Shown here piece after piece: positions 8,262 to 16,552 of a stretch of 64,000 nucleotides of DNA. This DNA is from an uncultured Chloroflexia bacterium (lineage in GTDB: Bacteria > Chloroflexota > Limnocylindria > Limnocylindrales > CSP1-4), in assembly GCA_963833535.1 (NCBI GenBank), contig CAWHYC010000008.1:265738-329737 (forward strand). The letters run 5' to 3'. Position numbers and translations under genes: made by a program. The notes beneath the pieces were generated by a model. The model saw only the letters and a program-made list of their open reading frames with translations. It was not told the DNA's origin and did no database searches. Each line of letters opens with the position of its first letter. The first letter of the stretch is position 1.

Positions 8262-10705
8262 GGCAGGCTCCCTTCAAGCTGGGCCGCGAGCGAGAAGTAG
8301 GTGCTCCCGTTGTTCGCAGCCTGGCGGCTGACGAAGCGCGCCAGAAGGTGGCCGGCCGAGTCGACGTACCGCTCGGGCGCCGCGATCGAGACGACCGTGC
8401 CGGCGTTCATGTGGGCGAATTCCATCCAGCGACCGCTCGTTCGGTCGAAGAGCTGGATCTCGGGCATCCCGTCGAACGGAGCAGCGCCGCCGACCTCGCC
8501 GACTGGATCATCCTGGTCCGGCTGCTGGTCGTCGGGGAGGGGGCTGGCCGACGCGCCCGCCTGGCCGATCTGGAAGCCAGGATCGCCCGGCGTCATGGAC
8601 AGGGAGAGCCGGGTCGGAACGAAGGCGCCATCGAACGGGATGGGAGCGAAGTCGACGACCATCGAGCCGCGACTGAGCGAGAACGCGTTGCCCTGGTCGA
8701 ATCCCTCGGCCGCATCGGTCGTCACGACAGAGTGGCTGATGAGCTCATCAGGAAAGGTCGTCTTGCCACCGACATCGACCCCCAGCGGCAGGACGTAGAC
8801 GGCGTCCCCGACGCGGGTGGCGCCTTCATCGCCGATGTCGACGGTCAGCGGCGAGCCGCCCGGCTGCCAGCCGATGAGGGCCGGCGCCTGGCCGGTCGCG
8901 GCCCCGACGAGGGTCGAGAAGCGACCGTTGTACTGGGTCAGCTGGTCGATGACCGCGCGACGGGTGGTGATCGTCCGGTCCCGGTCGGTGGTGCCGCCGG
9001 TGTAGGCGCCGAACATCCGATCGCTGATGCCGGCACCGAACGCTTGGCCGGTACCGAGCGCCAGGCTGACCTTGGCCGATGCGCCGGGGGCGAGTTCGCC
9101 CAGCTTCGCGAGGCTGCCGCCATAGACCACCGCGGCATCCTCGATCGTCTCGTCCGACGCGTTGGTGACGGTGCCCTCCAGCCGTCCTTCGCGCAGCTTC
9201 AGCAAGGCCTCGACCTCGGGCACCGGCAGCGCAGCCTCCGCCCGGAATCCACGCAGGCTGCCGAACCCGACGGCGTAGCCCCGCACCACGGCCGGATCGC
9301 CGAGCAGGATGTCGAGCGGCGCGCCTCCGACGCCCTGCTGCTGGATGCTGATGGGGTTGGAGAGCAGGGCGCCACCACCGACGCGGACGTCGAAGGTCCG
9401 GCGTGATGGCGAGAAGACGCCGACATATACCTGGCCGAGACCGGACTGGGCGCCGGCCGCGCCGCGCACGATGGCGATGGTGTTGACGATCGTGTCGCTG
9501 CCCTTGAGGGCACGGCCGAGCCCGAAGGCGCCGACCGAGAAGACGACGATGAGGACCGGCATCGTGACCCACGCCCATTCGCGGCGGTCGAGTCGCCGCA
9601 GGACCAGGTAGTTGAGCGGACCGACGAGGACGATGTACGCGACGAGCAGCCCGGCCAGCTGTTCCAGCGGCGGTAGGCCGACGGCCGGCAGGTTGTTGAG
9701 AGCGCCGACGATGGCGCTGTCGTCCGGCAGGGCGAGGGGGTTGACGACCGCCGATGCGGCGAGCGGCATCGCTCGCCGCCAGAGCGCCTGCGCGGCCGGC
9801 GTGCTGGCGATGCCGTCGGCGGTGGGATCGACGCCGATGATCATCGCCCGACCCTGGCCCACGGTCCGCTCAGCGGCGATGACGCTGTCGCCGGCGCGAC
9901 CGATGACGGAGCCCTCGATGAGCGTGCCGCCCAGCGCGGGCACGTCGTGCGAGAGGTCCGATCTGCCGCGGATCAGGGCGTCGACCTCCTGCGGCGTGGC
10001 GTCGACGGTGCCCGTCGGGCGGTACGGCAGGAGGTCGTCGGGCAGGCTGCCGAGCGTCGTGGCGCCCGTCGAACCGCCGAGGATGACCAGCCGACCGCCG
10101 AGTCCCAGCCAGGTGCGCAGCGCGGACAGCTGCTCCGGCTGGAGCTTGGCGGTATCGACATCCTGCCAGACCAGGCGGTCGATGGCCGACCACGCCTCCA
10201 CGCGAGCGGGCAGGTCCTCAGGTGCCAAGGACACGATGGCTGGCGCCGCGACCCGGGGATCGGCCAGCGCGCTGGTCAGCGCGGCCACGAGCGGGCCGGG
10301 CTCTTCGGCCACCACGCCGATGACCGATTGATAGGGATCGTGAGCCGTGATCGGCACGTCGGCCTTGGCGATCGATCGCCCGGCGGACACCAGCGTGACG
10401 CCGAGGTCGCGGCCGAAGATGGAAGGCTGTGCGTAGAGCACGTACCGCTTGCGTGAGCCCGTCGGCAGGTCGACCAGGGCGGCGTACGACGACGAGGCGG
10501 CCTGATCACTGGCCAGACGAAGCTCGCCGCTGATGGCCGGTCCGTCGTTGGCCACGTCGACCTCGATGGCCGACCAGGCTCCGACCCGGACGTTGCCGCC
10601 CGCCAGCGAGCGCGCGGTCATGGTCACGTCGTCGGCGGCCAAGCTGGCTGGCGCCAGCCAGGCGAGGGCGACGAGCGCGGCGACGAGGGGGACGAGACGG
10701 CGCAT
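8258..10705 (-). CDS. Large secreted/membrane protein of unknown function; first gene seen in the operon
   Basis: 815 aa with a signal peptide MRRLVPLVAALVALAWLAPASLAADD. Central TM helices are LAGLLVAYIVLVGPLNYLVL and WVTMPVLIVVFSVGAFGLG. The segment RLVWQDVD...LRTWLGLGGRLVILGG suggests a GATase1/ThuA-like fold, but that is an inference only. Confidence 0.7.
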   Translation of the reverse strand: MRRLVPLVAALVALAWLAPASLAADDVTMTARSLAGGNVRVGAWSAIEVDVANDGPAISGELRLASDQAASSSYAALVDLPTGSRKRYVLYAQPSIFGRDLGVTLVSAGRSIAKADVPITAHDPYQSVIGVVAEEPGPLVAALTSALADPRVAAPAIVSLAPEDLPARVEAWSAIDRLVWQDVDTAKLQPEQLSALRTWLGLGGRLVILGGSTGATTLGSLPDDLLPYRPTGTVDATPQEVDALIRGRSDLSHDVPALGGTLIEGSVIGRAGDSVIAAERTVGQGRAMIIGVDPTADGIASTPAAQALWRRAMPLAASAVVNPLALPDDSAIVGALNNLPAVGLPPLEQLAGLLVAYIVLVGPLNYLVLRRLDRREWAWVTMPVLIVVFSVGAFGLGRALKGSDTIVNTIAIVRGAAGAQSGLGQVYVGVFSPSRRTFDVRVGGGALLSNPISIQQQGVGGAPLDILLGDPAVVRGYAVGFGSLRGFRAEAALPVPEVEALLKLREGRLEGTVTNASDETIEDAAVVYGGSLAKLGELAPGASAKVSLALGTGQAFGAGISDRMFGAYTGGTTDRDRTITTRRAVIDQLTQYNGRFSTLVGAATGQAPALIGWQPGGSPLTVDIGDEGATRVGDAVYVLPLGVDVGGKTTFPDELISHSVVTTDAAEGFDQGNAFSLSRGSMVVDFAPIPFDGAFVPTRLSLSMTPGDPGFQIGQAGASASPLPDDQQPDQDDPVGEVGGAAPFDGMPEIQLFDRTSGRWMEFAHMNAGTVVSIAAPERYVDSAGHLLARFVSRQAANNGSTYFSLAAQLEGSLP

Positions 10706-10759
10706 CGGGCCTCAGTCTGCGGGCTGTGTCCAGTCGGATCCTCGGCTAGACGTCGGACC

Positions 10760-12208
10760 GTGGGTCAAAGTTGCGTCACTCGCCAGGAGCGGTTGATGAC
10801 GCAGCGCGGCGATCTGCCGTCGGTCCCTGCCGATCCCGGACGACCCTGGGCATCTCACCGCAAACGCGGCTACCATTGGCCGCCCGTGCCCACGCTGCGA
10901 CCCTTCCGCGCCCTGCGCTACGACCTGGCCGCTGTCGGCGACCTTGCCGACGTCATCAGCCCGCCGTATGACGTCATCCCACCCGAGCTGCAGGCTCGTC
11001 TGGCCGCCCGCCACCCGCGCAACTCCGTCCGGCTCGACCTGCCGCCGTCACAGCCCGGAGATGGTCCGGATGACCGCTATCGGCGGGCCGCCGCGGCCTT
11101 CGTCTCGTGGCGGACGGACGGCACCCTGCGCAAGGACCCGACGCCGTCGCTCTACGCCTACGAGCTGGCCTATCGCCTGCCGGGCGACCCGAAGGAACGC
11201 GTGCAGCGCGGGTTCTTCGCACGGCTCACGCTGGAGCCGTTCGGGCCGGGTAGCGGCGTCCTGGCCCACGAGCGGACCCTGGGCGGCCCGAAGGCGGATC
11301 GCCTGGCGCTGCTGAGCGCGACCGGCGCCAACTTCAGCCCGGTCGTCGGGCTCTACCGCTCGCCCCATGGCGAGAGCGGCGCGATCCTGGCGGCGATCGC
11401 CGCCACCGAGGCCGACGAGTCCGTCGTCGACGATGACGGCGTTCGACACCGGATCTGGGTCGTGCCGGCCGGAGCGCGTGGGGATGATGGTCCTGTCGAT
11501 CGACTCATCAGCTTGGCCGAGGTCGGGCCTATCGTCATCGCCGATGGCCACCATCGCTATGCCACGGCCCTCGACTATCGGGACGGCCGCGGCGCGCGTC
11601 GAGCCTGCACGGAAGACCCGCCATACGAGACCGTCTTCGTCCTGCTCTTCGACCTCGCTGCCACGGAGCTGACCATCCTGCCGACCCACCGGGTGGTCGA
11701 GGGCGAGCCGACCGGTGAGGCGTTGGCGACCGGCCTGTCCGCGCTCTTCGAGGTCGAGCGCCTCGCGTCGAGCGAGGACCTGATCGGTGCCTTCTCGCTG
11801 TCCGCGCCACCGTCCGACGCGGACACAGCCGGGCCACGCATCGGCGTCTGGTCGGCTGGGCTGGCGGCCGTGCTTCGGCCCAGGCCCGGCGCGCTCGATG
11901 CGCTCCTCGACCGCCACGCCACGCCGGCCATCCGGAACCTCGGGGTGACCGTCCTCGAGACGGCCATGCTCGCGATCTACGGGCTCGACCAGGCGGCCAT
12001 CGCGCGCGGAGAACGTGTGCGCTACGTCAAGGGCGCCGCGGCTGCCGTCGATGCCGCCGGCCCGTCGGGCACGACGTTCCTCCTCGATCCAACGCCGGCG
12101 GCGGACGTCGTCCGAGTCGCTCTCGCCGGCGAGCTGATGCCCCAGAAGTCGACCTACTTCAGCCCCAAGCCGGTCACCGGCCTGCTCTTCGCACCGGGAG
12201 AATGGTGA
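10760..12208 (+). CDS. DUF1015 domain-containing protein
   Basis: Motifs LRPFRALRYD, ISPPYDVI and IADGHHRY. The start is uncertain: GTG at 10760 lies 7 nt after TAGACG, while an alternative GTG at 10886 lies immediately before the conserved LRPFRALRY. Confidence 0.85.
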   Translation: MGQSCVTRQERLMTQRGDLPSVPADPGRPWASHRKRGYHWPPVPTLRPFRALRYDLAAVGDLADVISPPYDVIPPELQARLAARHPRNSVRLDLPPSQPGDGPDDRYRRAAAAFVSWRTDGTLRKDPTPSLYAYELAYRLPGDPKERVQRGFFARLTLEPFGPGSGVLAHERTLGGPKADRLALLSATGANFSPVVGLYRSPHGESGAILAAIAATEADESVVDDDGVRHRIWVVPAGARGDDGPVDRLISLAEVGPIVIADGHHRYATALDYRDGRGARRACTEDPPYETVFVLLFDLAATELTILPTHRVVEGEPTGEALATGLSALFEVERLASSEDLIGAFSLSAPPSDADTAGPRIGVWSAGLAAVLRPRPGALDALLDRHATPAIRNLGVTVLETAMLAIYGLDQAAIARGERVRYVKGAAAAVDAAGPSGTTFLLDPTPAADVVRVALAGELMPQKSTYFSPKPVTGLLFAPGEW

Positions 12209-13092
12209 GCTACATGGACCGAGACCTCGAAGCCCCCATCGAGCTGACGCGCCGACCAGCCGAGCGACCGGTCGGCACCCGCCCCGTCCGCAAGGATGAG
12301 ATCGACCTGCTCGAGCGCGGCATCCACATCGAGTCGTGGCTGCCGGAACGGCGCACCAGGCGCAAGCCGCTCCTGCTCGTCCACGGGGAGCTGGCTGGGT
12401 CCTGGGTCTGGCATCGCTACCAGGAGTTCTTCGCGCAGCGTGGCTGGGAGGCGCACGCGGTCAACCTTCGCGGCCACTATTGGTCCGACACCGCCGACTA
12501 CGAGACGCTCGACTTCGCGACCTACATCGGTGACGTCACCGCCGCGGCACAGCGGCTCGGTGGCGACGTGGTCCTCGTCGGGCATGGCTATGGCGCGCTG
12601 GCCGCGCTCAAGACCGCCGAGATGCCACTGGCCGGCGGCCTGGTCCTCATCAGCCCGGCCCTGCCGGCCGCATTGCGGGTCCCGGCCAAGCCGCATCAGC
12701 TGCGCGCGGTGCCTGAGATCTACCGCCGCGATCAGGTCGGCTGGGCGGGTCTTCCAGAGGCGATCCGTCGACGCAACCCCGACCTCAACGTGGCCGACGT
12801 GCTCCGCATCCAGCACATGATGGGTGCCGAGTCGGGCCTTGCCCGCCGCGACGTCATCTCTGGCGTGCCGGTCGACCGCGACCTCTTGGCCGAGGACCTG
12901 CCGACCCTGGTCATCGGCGGCGGGCTCGACCACGAGTTCCCCGAGCCGGAATCGGAGCGCCTGGCGGAGTGGCTGGGCGCGGAATACCAGCCGTACGGCG
13001 CCCACTCGCACTACGGCCTGGTCATCGGGGAGGACGCCTTCGAGCAGGTCGCCACCGCCATCCGCGGCTTCCTCGACGCCCATCGCCTGTAG
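12202..13092 (+). CDS. Alpha/beta-hydrolase-fold protein with Gly at the nucleophile position
   Basis: LLLVHGELAGSWVW...NLRGH...VLVGHGYGALAAL matches the alpha/beta-hydrolase layout. The nucleophile elbow reads G-H-G-Y-G (12580-12594). Confidence 0.75.
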   Translation: MVSYMDRDLEAPIELTRRPAERPVGTRPVRKDEIDLLERGIHIESWLPERRTRRKPLLLVHGELAGSWVWHRYQEFFAQRGWEAHAVNLRGHYWSDTADYETLDFATYIGDVTAAAQRLGGDVVLVGHGYGALAALKTAEMPLAGGLVLISPALPAALRVPAKPHQLRAVPEIYRRDQVGWAGLPEAIRRRNPDLNVADVLRIQHMMGAESGLARRDVISGVPVDRDLLAEDLPTLVIGGGLDHEFPEPESERLAEWLGAEYQPYGAHSHYGLVIGEDAFEQVATAIRGFLDAHRL

Positions 13093-13186
13093 CTGCGAAC
13101 CCGGCTGGACGGGGATGTCCAGGCTCGTCCGAGCGCGACGCCGTGCTAGACTCTCGTGCCCACGGGCCGCACCGCTCGTGCTGCTC

Positions 13187-13263
13187 GCCGCATTCGTCTA
13201 GAGGCCCAGGACACCGCCCTCTCAAGGCGGAGATCATCGGTTCGAATCCGATATGCGGTACCA
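13187..13263 (+). tRNA. tRNA-Glu (anticodon CUC)
   Basis: Hand-folded cloverleaf. Acceptor stem GCCGCAT/ATGCGGT. D arm GTCT..GGAC. Anticodon stem CCGCC/GGCGG with loop CTCTCAA. T arm ATCGG-TTCGAAT-CCGAT. CCA is encoded. Confidence 0.9.
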
Positions 13264-13277
13264 GTCGAACATCCCTG

Positions 13278-13305
13278 ACGCCCCCGGACCGCGCCCCGGG
13301 GGCGT
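13278..13305 (+). terminator. GC-rich hairpin after tRNA-Glu
   Basis: ACGCCCCCGG (13278-13287) pairs perfectly with CCGGGGGCGT (13296-13305). The loop is 8 nt and only a weak T tract (CTTCA) follows. Confidence 0.4.
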
Positions 13306-13327
13306 CTTCATGTCTAGACTGCGGGCC

Positions 13328-14389
13328 ATGCGTTCCACGGCCGAGGCACGCCAGCGGCTGGTCATCCTGGCCGAGGGTGAGTTCGGCGACATCGGCTCCA
13401 AGACCGCGATGGGCGTCATCCGCTACGGACGCGACATCATCGTCGCCGTGCTCGACTCGACCCGCGCCGGCGGCAACGTGCGCGATGTGATGGGCGACGG
13501 CTACGACATCCCGATCGTCGCCTCGCTGGCCGAGGCGCTGCCGCGTCGGCCGACCGCCCTCCTGCTGGGCACGGCTCCCCCGGGCGGCAAGCTGCCCCCG
13601 AGCTGGCGAGCCATCGTGATGGAGGCCATCGAGGTCGGTCTCGACATCCGCTCGGGGCTGCACACCTTGCTCGGCGACGACCCAGAGCTGGCTGACGCGG
13701 CGGCGGCCGCCGGTGTCGCGATCGTCGACTATCGGCGGCCGCCCGCGCGCGAGGAAGTCAGCACCGGACGAGCGCACCTGCCGGGCAAGCGGGTCGTCCT
13801 GACCGTGGGCACCGACTGCGCGCTGGGCAAGATGAGCGTCGCCCTGGAGCTGCGCAAGGCGGCCCTCGAGGCCGGCCTGTCGGCCGTCTTCGTGCCCACC
13901 GGCCAGACGGGCATGATGATCGACGGCTGGGGCGTGGCCGTCGACCGGGTCATCAGCGACTTCCTGGATGGCACCTGCGAATGGCTGGTCGAGCAGGCCG
14001 AGGCGATGGGCGACTGGATCTTCGTCGAAGGCCAGGGCTCGATCGACCATCCCGCCTACAGCGCCGTCACGCTCGGGCTCATCCATGGCTGCGCGCCGCA
14101 CGCCATGGTCCTCGTCCATCAGCCCGGTCGGACGCACCACCACGGCTGGGAGGACACGCGCTACGCGCTGCGCCCGATGCGCGAGCTGATCCCCCTGCAC
14201 GAGCAGCTTGCCGGCCTCATGGCCCCGTCCGTGGTGGCGGCGGTGGCCCTCAACACGTCGCTCCTCGACGAGAGCGCTGCGCGACGCGAGATCGCGCGCA
14301 CGGCCGACGAGCTCGGCCTGCCGTGCGACGATCCGTACCGCTTCGGCGCCGAGCGGCTGCTCGACGCGTTGCGCGAACGCCTGGCGTGA
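13328..14389 (+). CDS. DUF1611 domain-containing protein (DgcN-like)
   Basis: RLVILAEGEFGDIGSKTAMGVIRYG and VVLTVGTDCALGKMSVALEL are typical of DUF1611. The ATG at 13328 sits 7 nt after TAGACT (13315-13320). The alternative ATG at 13310 would place that box inside the gene. The ORF-track start at 13253 overlaps the tRNA. Confidence 0.85.
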   Translation: MRSTAEARQRLVILAEGEFGDIGSKTAMGVIRYGRDIIVAVLDSTRAGGNVRDVMGDGYDIPIVASLAEALPRRPTALLLGTAPPGGKLPPSWRAIVMEAIEVGLDIRSGLHTLLGDDPELADAAAAAGVAIVDYRRPPAREEVSTGRAHLPGKRVVLTVGTDCALGKMSVALELRKAALEAGLSAVFVPTGQTGMMIDGWGVAVDRVISDFLDGTCEWLVEQAEAMGDWIFVEGQGSIDHPAYSAVTLGLIHGCAPHAMVLVHQPGRTHHHGWEDTRYALRPMRELIPLHEQLAGLMAPSVVAAVALNTSLLDESAARREIARTADELGLPCDDPYRFGAERLLDALRERLA

Positions 14390-14414
14390 GCCTCACGTCC
14401 GGAGGGAGCGGCAG

Positions 14415-15497
14415 ATGAGGATCGCGACCGAGGTCCTCGTGCTGCCGCTCCGGGACCCGTTCCGGATCGCGCGGACGTCGCCCGATCGTGACGCCACGAC
14501 CGTCATCGGGACGTTGACCGACGCCGACGGGTCGACCGGCATCGGCGAGGGCTACCCGGATCCCTACTACGGCGAGACGCCGGCGACGGTCGAGGCCGTC
14601 GTCCCGGTGCTGGTCGAGGCCGTCGACGGGCTGGGCGCCTTGCCGGCGCGGCTGGACCTCGTCCGTGGCTGGCTGGTCGATGCCTCGACGGCGATGGATG
14701 AGCGCATCGCCCACAACGGCGCGGCCAAGTGCCTGGTCGATCTCGCGCTCCACGATCTGGCCGGCAAGCGGCTGGGCCTGGCCCTGCCCGAGCTGCTCGG
14801 CACGCCACGCGAGCTGCCGCCGACCGACTTCAGCCTCGGCATCGACGAGCCCGCCGTCGTCGCTCAGCGCGCCGCCCGAGCGGCGCACTTCCCGGCGCTC
14901 AAGATCAAGCTCGGTGGCCCGGCCGATCTCGAGACGCTCGAGGCCGTGCGCGAGGTCTACGCCGGCCCGATCCGGGTCGATGCCAACACCGGCTGGACGC
15001 CCGAGGTCGCTGACGCCCTGTTGCCCCACTGTGTGCGTCTGGGCGTCGAGCTCATCGAGCAGCCCTTCAAGGCCCGGCGGCTCGATCAGCTGCACTGGCT
15101 CCAGGACCGCTCGTCGCTGCCCATCGTGGCCGACGAAAGCGCGGTCGTGGAGGCCGACCTCGTCGGCCTCGTCGGGGTCGTCCAGGGCGTCAACGTCAAG
15201 CTGGCCAAGGTCGGTGGCATCGGTCCGGCCCTGCGCATGATCCGACACGGCCGGGAGCTCGGGTTTCGGATCTTCCTGGGCTGCATGGAGGAGACGGGAC
15301 TCGGCATCGCAGCGTCAGCGTCGGTGGCGGGGTTGGTCGACTGGGTCGACCTGGATGGCAACCTGCTCCTGGCCGCGGATCCGTTCACGGGTCTGGAGCT
15401 CGGCGCCGACTGTCGCTGGCAGCTGCCGACGATACCCGGCATCGGTGTCCGTCGCGCCGCCGTGACACCGCCGGTCGCCGGTGGGATCGGGGTCTAG
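14415..15497 (+). CDS. Enolase-superfamily (MLE subgroup) dipeptide epimerase / N-acylamino-acid racemase-like enzyme
   Basis: RBS GGAGGGAG (14401-14408) precedes the ATG at 14415. The KxK motif is FPALKIKLGG. Metal-ligand contexts are RVDANTGW, LIEQP and VADES. Confidence 0.85.
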   Translation: MRIATEVLVLPLRDPFRIARTSPDRDATTVIGTLTDADGSTGIGEGYPDPYYGETPATVEAVVPVLVEAVDGLGALPARLDLVRGWLVDASTAMDERIAHNGAAKCLVDLALHDLAGKRLGLALPELLGTPRELPPTDFSLGIDEPAVVAQRAARAAHFPALKIKLGGPADLETLEAVREVYAGPIRVDANTGWTPEVADALLPHCVRLGVELIEQPFKARRLDQLHWLQDRSSLPIVADESAVVEADLVGLVGVVQGVNVKLAKVGGIGPALRMIRHGRELGFRIFLGCMEETGLGIAASASVAGLVDWVDLDGNLLLAADPFTGLELGADCRWQLPTIPGIGVRRAAVTPPVAGGIGV

Positions 15498-15626
15498 GCA
15501 GGATCGAGCGACGCGGACGAATCAAGCCGACCACGGTGAAGGCGATGCCGACGGCGATGAGGTACAGCCCCTGCGCGGCTCGGGAACCAGACGCCATGGC
15601 GCCATCCTACCGGCCTGTCGGGGCCA

Positions 15627-15659
15627 TGTGGACAACTTGGTGGACAAGATGGTGGACAG
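15627..15659 (+). promoter_or_regulatory. Three direct DnaA-box-like 9-mers at exact 12-bp spacing
   Basis: TGTGGACAA (15627-15635), GGTGGACAA (15639-15647) and GGTGGACAG (15651-15659). The first is the exact reverse complement of the actinobacterial DnaA-box consensus TTGTCCACA. Confidence 0.45.
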
Positions 15660-15826
15660 AGGGCCTCCCATCCGAAGGCCACCCGAGTTACCATGGTCGG
15701 GCACTCATCACGGGGCTGGACGGAGACCCTGGGGCCGGGGCCCGAAGCCGTTCAAGGGTGGCGACCGAACGCCGTGGGGGGCACCAGCAGCGCTCGACCC
15801 GTGCCTGCACGTGCCCGTGAACGGGG

Positions 15827-16240
15827 ATGGAGGATCGGCTGTCGATGGAAGCGCGCCATGGGTTCGAGCATGTCGCCCCGGTCAGCGAGGGCCCAGCGAC
15901 CCAGGCGCCAGCCGTCGAAGCATTCATCAGGTTCTGCTACCACCGACGGCGTGTCGGCTGGCCCGAGCTGTACGACGAGATGTGCGCGGTGGCGGCTCGC
16001 AGCGTGTTCCGCGGCTGGGGCTTCAGCGAGCTTGCCGATCAGGGCATCCGTTTCACGCTCTCCGACCTGCCGGGGCTGGCGGCCGTCGCGGCTGAGGTCA
16101 GCCGTGACGAGAGAGAACGGGCGCGTCGGCTGCGCACGTCGGCCAAGACCGTCGACCTCGGGACCGCGGTCTGCGACGTCCTCGGCGAGGACGCCGACGC
16201 CCCGATCAGCTCGACGTCGCTTGCGGTCGCAGCCGACTGA
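15827..16240 (+). CDS. Hypothetical protein
   Basis: 137-aa ORF with normal composition (…FIRFCYHRRRVGWPELYDEMCAVAARSVFRGWGFSELADQGIRF…). The alternative ATG at 15845 has GGAGGA (15829-15834) 10 nt upstream. Confidence 0.55.
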   Translation: MEDRLSMEARHGFEHVAPVSEGPATQAPAVEAFIRFCYHRRRVGWPELYDEMCAVAARSVFRGWGFSELADQGIRFTLSDLPGLAAVAAEVSRDERERARRLRTSAKTVDLGTAVCDVLGEDADAPISSTSLAVAAD

Positions 16241-16249
16241 GCTGGGCTG

Positions 16250-16477
16250 CTAGTCCCTGATCCGGCGACGCGCCATCTCGCCCTCGATCTGGCGTTCAGC
16301 TTCGACGTAGCGGTCGATCTCGTCGCGCACCTGGTTCGCCTCGGGCGTATAGAGGTGGACCTGCTGCTGGAGGACGTACGAGAGCCGGCGGCTGGTCATC
16401 CGCGCATGGTCGAGGTTCTTCATGAGGACCAGTGGGTCCATCGCCGCGAGGTCGTCCGGGTGGTACATCTGGCGCAT
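16250..16477 (-). CDS. Small hypothetical protein (75 aa)
   Basis: Balanced composition (MRQMYHPDDLAAMDPLVLMKNLDHARM…). A minus-strand TATACT box (16486-16491) lies 8 nt upstream of the ATG, consistent with a leaderless transcript. Confidence 0.55.
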   Translation of the reverse strand: MRQMYHPDDLAAMDPLVLMKNLDHARMTSRRLSYVLQQQVHLYTPEANQVRDEIDRYVEAERQIEGEMARRRIRD

Positions 16478-16552
16478 ACCGCCCGAGTATAGGACGCGGC
16501 GCCCGTGCGCTGGACGACGCTCGGGTCGACGAACGACCGGACCAGCTGGCGC

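Noticed and set aside
10760-10885. The N-terminal 42-aa extension of the DUF1015 protein (MGQSCVTRQERLMTQRGDLPSVPADPGRPWASHRKRGYHWPP).
   Set aside because: It is not rejected outright, but its composition is un-protein-like and homologues, from memory, start right at LRPFRALRY. The GTG at 10760 is kept only because of the TAGACG box 7 nt upstream.
15385-15597. A 70-aa minus-strand ORF that starts with a TM-like segment (MASGSRAAQGLYLIAVGIAFTVVGLI).
   Set aside because: Two thirds of it overlaps the 3' end of the epimerase gene in antisense, with Arg/Ser/Pro-rich composition. Only the first roughly 33 codons are intergenic, which is insufficient support.
15660-15826. A possible riboswitch or structured leader upstream of the 137-aa gene. 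The stretch is GC-rich and includes hairpins such as GGCCT-CCCATCCGA-AGGCC.
   Set aside because: I could not match it to any riboswitch consensus I know. Hairpins are expected by chance at this GC content.
15600-15830. The chromosomal replication origin (oriC).
   Set aside because: There are only three DnaA-box-like sites. No AT-rich unwinding element is seen, and there is no dnaA, dnaN or rpmH context in the window.
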